From: a virus
Strand: one strand, 5' to 3'
Length of the DNA: 64,000 bases
IMG/VR virus record: IMGVR_UViG_3300025276_004419
Coordinates: 66,027 to 130,026 of that record
Both the position numbers and the translations under genes were made by a program. A model generated the notes under the pieces. That model was not told the origin of the DNA, did no database searches, and was given only the letters and a program-made list of their open reading frames with translations. Below, one piece after another: positions 56,370 through 63,228 of this stretch (position 1 is its first letter; the number at the start of each line of letters is the position of its first letter).

Positions 56370-56777
56370 ATGTCCACAATTTCCCAGGTCTCCTCCCCCA
56401 ATACAATTTGGATCAATGGTAGCTTCGATGTTATGCATGCTGGCCATATTGAGTTGTTTAAATACGCTCGATCAGTCGGTGATAGGTTAGTAGTTGGAAC
56501 GGATACCGATGAACGTATACGTGAATTAAAAGGTTCAACACGACCTATTAATAAACAGAAACACCGTTTATCTATGTTACGTGCTATTCGATATATCGAT
56601 GAAGTAGTTACGTTCGGTTCTCTGGAGGAGCAATTACTCCGGATGGAACAGAGCGGAGCTAAAACCTTGGTTATTGGGTCGGATTATAGAGGCAAACCCG
56701 TAGTGGGTGAAGACCAAATGAAGGTTATTTTCTTTGATAGAGTAGACGACCTTTCTACAACAAATATTGTGTCATAA
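56370..56777 (+). CDS. hldC: D-glycero-beta-D-manno-heptose-1-phosphate adenylyltransferase-like (RfaE domain II)
   Basis: NGSFDVMHAGH (HIGH-like), LVVGTDTD, LKG..RP, GSDY, STTNI; ATG 56370 preferred. Confidence 0.78.
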   Translation: MSTISQVSSPNTIWINGSFDVMHAGHIELFKYARSVGDRLVVGTDTDERIRELKGSTRPINKQKHRLSMLRAIRYIDEVVTFGSLEEQLLRMEQSGAKTLVIGSDYRGKPVVGEDQMKVIFFDRVDDLSTTNIVS

Positions 56778-56845
56778 ACGTATATACGTATGTATGGATA
56801 TTGATTTATTTAAGAGAAAAAGTCGAGTTTATTTAAATTAGAGTT

Positions 56846-57319
56846 ATGGAACGCATTACATTAGATTACGCAAAACAATTTATTTCCCTTGATGATGACT
56901 TTACGAACAAAACTGTTCAAGATTGTCCTCATTTTACTTTGTCACCTTCACCTAAAGGAGGTGGTTGGGAAACCGTTACATATTATACTGCCCGTAAACT
57001 TGATATGTATGCTAATAGGGGTGGTGATTATGATTCTTGGGTTTATATCTTATCAAACCCTACACAACCCAACCTTTACAAAATTGGTTATACCAAAAAT
57101 ACCCCTGATGAACGTGCTAAACAGATCTCAAATGCTACAGGTGTAGCTTTACCTTACAAAGTAGAATGGGCTTTTCACTGTTACGATGGTTTTGGCCTGG
57201 AGCAGGAAGTACATCATAAATTAGAGGCTAATAGGTTAAATAGTAATCGTGAATTCTTCCAGATACCTTTAGAAGAAGCAAAAGCAACCGTGGAAATGCT
57301 TGGAGAACGGTATCTTTAG
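56846..57319 (+). CDS. T5orf172 / GIY-YIG-like protein
   Basis: WVYILSNP...LYKIGYT, LEQEVH, REFF. Confidence 0.85.
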   Translation: MERITLDYAKQFISLDDDFTNKTVQDCPHFTLSPSPKGGGWETVTYYTARKLDMYANRGGDYDSWVYILSNPTQPNLYKIGYTKNTPDERAKQISNATGVALPYKVEWAFHCYDGFGLEQEVHHKLEANRLNSNREFFQIPLEEAKATVEMLGERYL

Positions 57320-57330
57320 TCGTATATTCA
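57299..57330 (+). promoter_or_regulatory. Bacteroidota-type promoter
   Basis: CTTG-N20-TATATTCA; leader hairpin GGC-GAGA-GCC. Confidence 0.75.
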
Positions 57331-57367
57331 CGGTGTTGAATAAGGCGAGAGCCAAAAAATAAAGGTT

Positions 57368-57565
57368 ATGAAGAATTTTAAAGATCTTTTAGAAGAAACA
57401 ATTGCGGAAAATCAAATAGAATCGTTGCTACCTTCGCGGGAATACAGCGAGAATGAGCGCATATACATGCGAGGCTACAACGCAGCGCTAAGTGATATGC
57501 TCGATGATTTTAATAGCGAATTTAGCGAATTTATGAAAACCATATATACTCAATCTTTAAACTAA
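57368..57565 (+). CDS. Hypothetical protein
   Basis: 65-aa ORF. Confidence 0.72.
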   Translation: MKNFKDLLEETIAENQIESLLPSREYSENERIYMRGYNAALSDMLDDFNSEFSEFMKTIYTQSLN

Positions 57566-57570
57566 AAGTT

Positions 57571-57738
57571 ATGAATTACGACGAAATGGATCAAGAATTT
57601 ACATCTTATGTTGAAATGGCATTTGAATCAGATGAAAGAGTAAAAATTATTTTTGAGGCACTTGCAAACATGCAAGATCACCCATATGCTTCTCCTAAAC
57701 TTGCTTTGCAAATTGCAATTGAGGACTTGTCTAAGTAA
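57571..57738 (+). CDS. Small hypothetical protein (55 aa, not in track)
   Basis: MNYDEMDQEF...IEDLSK, aaagttATG start. Confidence 0.65.
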   Translation: MNYDEMDQEFTSYVEMAFESDERVKIIFEALANMQDHPYASPKLALQIAIEDLSK

Positions 57739-57757
57739 AATATTTTTCGTATATTTA
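57726..57757 (+). promoter_or_regulatory. Bacteroidota-type promoter
   Basis: CTTG-N20-TATATTTA. Confidence 0.7.
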
Positions 57758-57772
57758 AGTAAATAAAGAATT

Positions 57773-57976
57773 ATGAAAACAACAGAACAATACGCTGAGG
57801 TATTAAACAGATTATTTGAAATTGAAGAACAAATAGCTGAGCTATGGACTTACCATCCAGAAAATCCTAATGCTGTTGATGTTGTTATTGAATTTAATGA
57901 ACTACAACGTGAGGCTTCAACTATTGAGTCGTATCTTCAGGATAACGGTGTTGATTTAGATGTTGACGTGTTTTAA
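57773..57976 (+). CDS. Hypothetical protein
   Basis: 67-aa acidic ORF. Confidence 0.72.
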   Translation: MKTTEQYAEVLNRLFEIEEQIAELWTYHPENPNAVDVVIEFNELQREASTIESYLQDNGVDLDVDVF

Positions 57977-57981
57977 TATTA

Positions 57982-58063
57982 GGAAGAGTGGACAGTGGTC
58001 GTCAGACGGTTTTGAAAACCGTTGGGTGTTAAAGCTTTGTAGGTTCGAATCCTATCTCTTCCG
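57982..58063 (+). tRNA. tRNA-Ser(TGA)
   Basis: Acceptor GGAAGAG/CTCTTCC, G73, anticodon arm ACGGT-TTTGAAA-ACCGT, long variable region, T arm GTAGG-TTCGAAT-CCTAT; short D arm; no encoded CCA. Confidence 0.85.
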
Positions 58064-58066
58064 CTT

Positions 58067-58139
58067 GCGAAAGTAGCTCAGTTGGTAGAGCATGACCTTG
58101 CCAAGGTCAGGGTCGCCGGTTCGAATCCGGTCTTTCGCT
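58067..58139 (+). tRNA. tRNA-Gly(GCC)
   Basis: GCGAAAG/CTTTCGC, D arm GCTC/GAGC, TGACC-TTGCCAA-GGTCA, GCCGG-TTCGAAT-CCGGT, U73; followed by CAA not CCA. Confidence 0.95.
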
Positions 58140-58179
58140 CAATTCGCAGTCAGGTGTACACTCAGTTGAGACTGTAAAG

Positions 58180-58199
58180 AAGGAAGCTTAGGCTTCCTT
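58180..58199. terminator. Probable bidirectional terminator
   Basis: AAGGAAGC-TTAG-GCTTCCTT between the tRNA transcript and the convergent minus-strand gene stop (58202-58204). Confidence 0.7.
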
Positions 58200-58201
58200 T
58201 C

Positions 58202-59605
58202 TTATCCGTCGGTAATTACTGTTGAAAGTTTATATACTTTACCCGAGTTATTATTAACTCGTGTTCCTATAAATAGTCTATCGTTAATAACATAAGGCAT
58301 TACAGCATACCAGGTTCCCGAGAATGTTGTATTATAATGAGTTACACTATTATCACTACAATTTAATCTAGCAATTTTTCTATCATCATTCATACACCAT
58401 ATAGAATTTCTAACTGTATCTAATGCAATTGAGGTAGCAGAATTATTATTAGCTCCCCCACCTTCAGAAATTTCTACAACAGTTACAACATATGTAGAAG
58501 CATCAATTACAGCAATTTTAGGTTTACCATTAGTTCCTTCACCACCTATGTAATATTTCCCTGCTGCCGTGTTATATATACCATTTCCTAATCTATCCAT
58601 TCCAGAAATTGAACCGGAACCTATTGTAGCAAGTGTATTAGGATTAAAGATTGTAACCCCACTACTATCAGCAAATAATATTTCATCATCATCTGTATTA
58701 GCAATACCTATACCAGCAACATTGTTAGCAACAACGGCCATATTAATAGAACCTGAGTAAGCTAAAGTAGCTGTATTAAATATGTCTACATATTGACCTA
58801 AGGGTACAAATACTTTGTCTGTACTTGATTCAAATACCGGTCTTCTAGTCTGGTTATTACTTGTTCCATGAACTGTACTTACTTTAGAGGTAGCAGTTTC
58901 AGTATCTATATTATATTTTAGTAGATGAGTACCTGTGTTCAGATAAGCATCATTTCTATCAAAATCCATCGCTCCAACCCCAGCACTTGAAATAGTAGGA
59001 AGATATTGGGCACTTTGGCTCACAATATACTTTGTATTTTGTGAAATATTAGATATATCATCCCATATTCCATTACCTCTAGCACTACCCATACTATCAT
59101 TCCAACCAAACATTTTATCTTGTGTAAAGGAATAATCTAAATAATTTTGATAGTATGAACTACCACCGGGAGTTGTATATAATTGAAAAGTAGCAAAAAA
59201 TTGTTGAGCAAGTGGAGATTCCCAATTAGTCCAATACCCATTTGCATCTAACCAAATAGCACATTGTGTTCCATCATCAAAATCAGGTTCTCCTTGCCTT
59301 GCAGGTAAAGTATTTACTCTTGTAACAAATGCCCCTTCATTGTCGGTAGATCCCCAAAATCTAACACTACCTGAATCTTGAGGGTAAGGTGGAGTATCTC
59401 CTTTAGCGGGCCAATCTGCAGTAGGAACATCTTTTCCAATAATATATTTATTATCTTCATCAGGACCCATCCACCAAATTTTACCATCATAATTTAAGTC
59501 ATAACGTTCAGTAGAAGTAGGAGTTCCTACCCATAAACTACCTGTTTTAGTAGTACCTGTAGGGGGTGTTGTAGTTGCGTATGTAAACTGTCTTGAAGTT
59601 GCCAT
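58202..59605 (-). CDS. Putative virion protein with C-terminal beta-propeller-like repeats
   Basis: Reverse complement of 59603-59605 is ATG (MATSRQFT...), stop TAA at 58202-58204; the supplied track labels it + in error; repeated YVTN-like blades (KVFVP, KYYIG, SIWCM, RLFIG). Confidence 0.8.
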   Translation of the reverse strand: MATSRQFTYATTTPPTGTTKTGSLWVGTPTSTERYDLNYDGKIWWMGPDEDNKYIIGKDVPTADWPAKGDTPPYPQDSGSVRFWGSTDNEGAFVTRVNTLPARQGEPDFDDGTQCAIWLDANGYWTNWESPLAQQFFATFQLYTTPGGSSYYQNYLDYSFTQDKMFGWNDSMGSARGNGIWDDISNISQNTKYIVSQSAQYLPTISSAGVGAMDFDRNDAYLNTGTHLLKYNIDTETATSKVSTVHGTSNNQTRRPVFESSTDKVFVPLGQYVDIFNTATLAYSGSINMAVVANNVAGIGIANTDDDEILFADSSGVTIFNPNTLATIGSGSISGMDRLGNGIYNTAAGKYYIGGEGTNGKPKIAVIDASTYVVTVVEISEGGGANNNSATSIALDTVRNSIWCMNDDRKIARLNCSDNSVTHYNTTFSGTWYAVMPYVINDRLFIGTRVNNNSGKVYKLSTVITDG

Positions 59606-59639
59606 TTAAATTATGTTTATTTATAAATATTAAAAATAA

Positions 59640-59671
59640 TTTGTTTGTTGCACTTTTTATATGTATATTAC
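59640..59671 (+). promoter_or_regulatory. Variant Bacteroidota-type promoter, divergent from minus-strand gene
   Basis: TTTG-N20-TATATTAC. Confidence 0.5.
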
Positions 59672-59712
59672 ACATTAATACAGGGAATTCCTTAACATAA
59701 TATTATAAAACT

Positions 59713-60018
59713 ATGGAAATTACATCATTTATTGTAGGTGTATGTGCAGTTACTATTTTGGTGGTGGTAAATGGCACGTTTGTAAATTATATGGCTATTA
59801 AAACTCTAAAGTCACAATTTGATAACTTAGATAAATATGCTAACCGCATAGAACAAAAACTAAATCAAAGGATTAATACTGAAATACAGGATTTATCCCA
59901 AAATGCTAATAATGACGATAAGGAAATTATTAGGTATATAGATTCTCGAGTTGAAAAACTTGAAGATAAAATTTATACTGATTTTGATGTTAAAAAGAAA
60001 CAAACCAAAAACTATTAA
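59713..60018 (+). CDS. Membrane-anchored coiled-coil protein
   Basis: N-terminal TM helix then heptad-rich segment. Confidence 0.72.
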   Translation: MEITSFIVGVCAVTILVVVNGTFVNYMAIKTLKSQFDNLDKYANRIEQKLNQRINTEIQDLSQNANNDDKEIIRYIDSRVEKLEDKIYTDFDVKKKQTKNY

Positions 60019-60020
60019 TT

Positions 60021-60049
60021 AAATAACCGTCGAAAAACGCGGTTTATTT
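60021..60049. terminator. Possible terminator hairpin
   Basis: AAATAACCG...CGGTTTATTT imperfect inverted repeat just after the stop. Confidence 0.45.
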
Positions 60050-60129
60050 CCATATATAACGCGATATTATGCAATATTATTACACAACCACCACGATCAG
60101 CGACGTAGAAATTACATATATTTATACAC

Positions 60130-60354
60130 GTGAAGACAGAAACTAAAATAAAAGAATACGCTACGATTGCTCATCTATATTATGTGGATGGTACTTTTTC
60201 TAAGGAAGATGTCCATAACTGGATGGATGAGTATGATCTTAGTGTTGTAAAATTACTTAAGGGTAGAATAGAATTTACCTATACTGATGATTGGTATAGA
60301 ACTAAAATGACTATTTGGAAGAATGGTAAAGTAGAAGTCGAAGCTAATATATAA
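60130..60354 (+). CDS. Hypothetical protein (GTG start)
   Basis: 74-aa ORF coupled to next gene. Confidence 0.65.
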   Translation: MKTETKIKEYATIAHLYYVDGTFSKEDVHNWMDEYDLSVVKLLKGRIEFTYTDDWYRTKMTIWKNGKVEVEANI

Positions 60355-60779
60355 TGATCGATCCAGAAAAACTATTTAGTAATTTTGAACTTCCTGAACA
60401 AGAGGAGGGAGATATTTTTAATGAACTACAAAAAACTCAAACATTTAAATTGGGTATGTTTAAGAAAATTATCTTTAATCAAAAAAACATGGAAGATAGG
60501 ATGGATAAACTTTTAAAGGCAATGCCAGATTTAGCCGAAAAGATAGATTTTGATGGTGATGCCGGAGAATTTGTTACTCATACTAGAGCTTGGGCATATC
60601 TCAAAGATTTCGACCCAACCTCAGATCAAAGTAAAGATGCCGCTAAAATATTCTCAGATGATTATACTATTACCGCATGTGATTTAGCAATCCATTTTTG
60701 GGAAGAATTAGAATCGTACGAAAAGTGTGCTCATATTAAAAAAGTCCAAGATTTATTAAAATTAAACGTGATTTCCTAA
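60354..60779 (+). CDS. Hypothetical protein with C-terminal UVR-like motif
   Basis: EELESYEKCAHIKKVQDLL. Confidence 0.65.
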   Translation: MIDPEKLFSNFELPEQEEGDIFNELQKTQTFKLGMFKKIIFNQKNMEDRMDKLLKAMPDLAEKIDFDGDAGEFVTHTRAWAYLKDFDPTSDQSKDAAKIFSDDYTITACDLAIHFWEELESYEKCAHIKKVQDLLKLNVIS

Positions 60780-60798
60780 ATTACTTATCGTACATTTG
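60767..60798 (+). promoter_or_regulatory. Bacteroidota-type promoter with canonical -7 element
   Basis: CGTG-N20-TACATTTG (exact TAnnTTTG). Confidence 0.72.
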
Positions 60799-60881
60799 AG
60801 ATACAGAGGAAGGGAAAGAGGGAGAGAGAGAAGGGGATGTGATGTCTCGTGACGTCTCCCGAGACCTAATAAAACCATATT

Positions 60882-61073
60882 ATGAAAAATAGAGAATTAT
60901 TTAAAGACAAAATTAGACGTATTGAGGGAAAACTCAAAACGATCCGTGTAATGGCTACTCGCCAAGGAACCACTGTTCAAGACCTTGATGTTCTTCTTGA
61001 TGACATTACTACCCAATTAGGTGATATGTCTACTATGATTGAAAGAGAAGGTCAAGACGCTTACGGAAGATAA
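60882..61073 (+). CDS. Small coiled-coil protein
   Basis: 63 aa, helical hairpin pattern. Confidence 0.72.
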   Translation: MKNRELFKDKIRRIEGKLKTIRVMATRQGTTVQDLDVLLDDITTQLGDMSTMIEREGQDAYGR

Positions 61074-61091
61074 TAAACTAAAATAAAAGTT

Positions 61092-61868
61092 ATGAATTTA
61101 ACAGCAGAACAAATCCAAGGAAATTGGGATACCTTTATCTCCAACATCGAAACCCACATTACGGGTGATAGAAAACAATCACTTATTGATTTTTACAACA
61201 AATATCAAGAACGTGTTATGTTAATGCCTGCCGCTCACAAAAAAGAATACCATAACTCCTTTCCTGGAGGGTATGTTGAGCATGTAAATCGTGTTGTGCG
61301 ATGTTCTATCAAACAATCCCAGCTATGGGAGGAAGAAGGAGCAGATATGTCTACCTTCACAATGGAGGAACTTGTTTTTTCTGCTATCAATCATGATTTA
61401 GGAAAAATGGGTGATGAAGATAATGAATCATATATCCCTCAGACCGATAAGTGGAGACGTGAAAAGTTAGGTGAGGATTATACATTTAACAAAAAAGTAC
61501 CATTCTCATCTGTCCCAGATCGTGGTTTATTTATGCTCCAGTCACATGGTGTAATATATACTTTCAACGAAATGCTCGCGATACAAACGCATGATGGTTT
61601 ATACGACGTAGCCAATGAGAAATATCTTAAAGCGTATATGCCCGAACAAAAACCGCGTACTTCGCTGCCATTTATACTGCACCAGGCCGACTTAATGGCT
61701 GCACGTATTGAATTCGAAAGAGAGTGGTTGCCTAAATTAAATGGTAGCGTGGAAACACCAAAGAAGAATTTTACATTGGATGCCAAGCCGAAAAGTCAAT
61801 CACAACAACAGAAAGCTTTAGGTTCAATTAAAAGTGAAGGTTTAAAAAATTTATTAGATAACTTATGA
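61092..61868 (+). CDS. HD-domain phosphohydrolase (YhaM/Cbf1-like)
   Basis: YHNSFPGGYVEHV, NHDLGK, THDG, LHQAD. Confidence 0.85.
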   Translation: MNLTAEQIQGNWDTFISNIETHITGDRKQSLIDFYNKYQERVMLMPAAHKKEYHNSFPGGYVEHVNRVVRCSIKQSQLWEEEGADMSTFTMEELVFSAINHDLGKMGDEDNESYIPQTDKWRREKLGEDYTFNKKVPFSSVPDRGLFMLQSHGVIYTFNEMLAIQTHDGLYDVANEKYLKAYMPEQKPRTSLPFILHQADLMAARIEFEREWLPKLNGSVETPKKNFTLDAKPKSQSQQQKALGSIKSEGLKNLLDNL

Positions 61869-62140
61869 TTATTACTATTATTATATTATCAGTTTTAACA
61901 GTAGCCTTAGGGTTTACTACATACAACCTTCTCCGTAAATTTGAAAAACAAGAAGATATCCTCGCAGGTTATTTAGAATATTTAGATAAACTATCGCGAG
62001 TAATAGAGGTTTCAGATGAAAAAATGAAAAATATTGATGCACGCGGCACTTTCAGCAGCGACGACGAAGTAGGTTTTTTCTTTCAACAAATAAAAGGGTT
62101 ACAAGATATCTTAAACGATTTTCAGTTAAAGAAACTTTGA
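61865..62140 (+). CDS. Membrane-anchored hypothetical protein
   Basis: N-terminal TM helix. Confidence 0.72.
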   Translation: MIITIIILSVLTVALGFTTYNLLRKFEKQEDILAGYLEYLDKLSRVIEVSDEKMKNIDARGTFSSDDEVGFFFQQIKGLQDILNDFQLKKL

Positions 62141-62149
62141 TAACCTACT

Positions 62150-62857
62150 ATGCCTAGAAAAAGAAATCCTAAGAGTAAAAACTACTTTACTCAAGAAACA
62201 GAAGATGCTATTGTATTATACAATGGCACTTCTGATACTGATGTAAAAAGTAGAATCTACCAAAATGAAATCCATTATCCGTTCTTTAAATTAACGGAAA
62301 ATATAATCCATACCTTTAAATTTTATTATACTGAGGTAAATGAGATTGAACATCTACAACATGAAGTAATTTGTTTCTTATTATCAAAGATTCATTTATT
62401 TGATCCTACAAGAGGTGCTAAGGCATATTCTTACTTTGGTACTATAGCCAAACGCTACCTAATACTCCAGAATCAAAAGAATTACAAGAAACGTGTCCAT
62501 AAAGCTCCAATAGATGAGTTGTTTAAGGATGATACTCATACCTATAGTATGGATGAAGTTGGAGTAGCTAGTGATCCCTTAAATATGTATATTAATTTAT
62601 ATGTAGATTATTGTTCAGAAAGATTATTTGAGTTATTTCCTAAAAAACACGATGCTGCTGTAGCAGATGCTATTTTAGAGTTGTTTCGTAAGAGAGAACA
62701 TATCGACGTTTTTAATAAAAAAGCACTTTATATCTATATTAGAGAGATGATAGATGTAAAAACTCCTAAAATTACTAAAATAGCTAATCAATTATATGCT
62801 ATATTTAAAAGTAACTACATTTTTTATCTTGAAAACGGATATGTAGAATTCGAATAA
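62150..62857 (+). CDS. Phage RNA polymerase sigma factor (T4 gp55-like)
   Basis: FFKLTENII, FDPTRGAKAYSYFGTIAKRYLI resembles sigma region 2 (FDP...F.Y). Confidence 0.7.
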   Translation: MPRKRNPKSKNYFTQETEDAIVLYNGTSDTDVKSRIYQNEIHYPFFKLTENIIHTFKFYYTEVNEIEHLQHEVICFLLSKIHLFDPTRGAKAYSYFGTIAKRYLILQNQKNYKKRVHKAPIDELFKDDTHTYSMDEVGVASDPLNMYINLYVDYCSERLFELFPKKHDAAVADAILELFRKREHIDVFNKKALYIYIREMIDVKTPKITKIANQLYAIFKSNYIFYLENGYVEFE

Positions 62858-62890
62858 GGTTATATTTATACATGAACAAACACTATAAAT

Positions 62891-63226
62891 ATGAGTCAAC
62901 AATTCGAAAAAACAGTATTTGGTACTAAAAAATTCTCCGATTTACTCGAGGAAATTTACACTAACCAAAAGCGACGCGAGGCACAAGTTACCGCGCTAAT
63001 ATCCGAATTAAAACCGATGGTTACTGACATTGGTGACGCCACACTTATTGTACCTCTTATTAAAGAATACATGGAAATTGGTGTTAAAAACGATGATGCA
63101 CTAATCAAAATGGCTACGTTAGTACAACGTGCTTTAAATTCTTCTAATGAAGAAGGTGGTTTAGGTATTTCTGATGATGAAAAACAACAGCTACTTGAGG
63201 AAATGGAAAAACTCCAAACTAAATAA
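62891..63226 (+). CDS. Hypothetical helical protein
   Basis: 111-aa ORF. Confidence 0.75.
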   Translation: MSQQFEKTVFGTKKFSDLLEEIYTNQKRREAQVTALISELKPMVTDIGDATLIVPLIKEYMEIGVKNDDALIKMATLVQRALNSSNEEGGLGISDDEKQQLLEEMEKLQTK

Positions 63227-63228
63227 CA

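Noticed and set aside
58146-58175. Third tRNA or tRNA remnant after tRNA-Gly
   Set aside because: Only a 6-bp closing stem (GCAGTC/GACTGT) around 18 nt; no T-loop or anticodon arm
58202-59605. Supplied track labels the 467-aa ORF as + strand
   Set aside because: The listed protein (MATSRQFT...) is read from the reverse complement: CAT at 59603-59605 and TTA at 58202-58204
835-61786. Numerous short antisense or out-of-frame ORFs in the track (for example 835..1044, 6229..6459, 11613..11969, 17978..18232, 53958..54540, 58569..58760)
   Set aside because: They overlap well-supported genes or the GTAC element, lack motifs and start signals, and look like shadow ORFs
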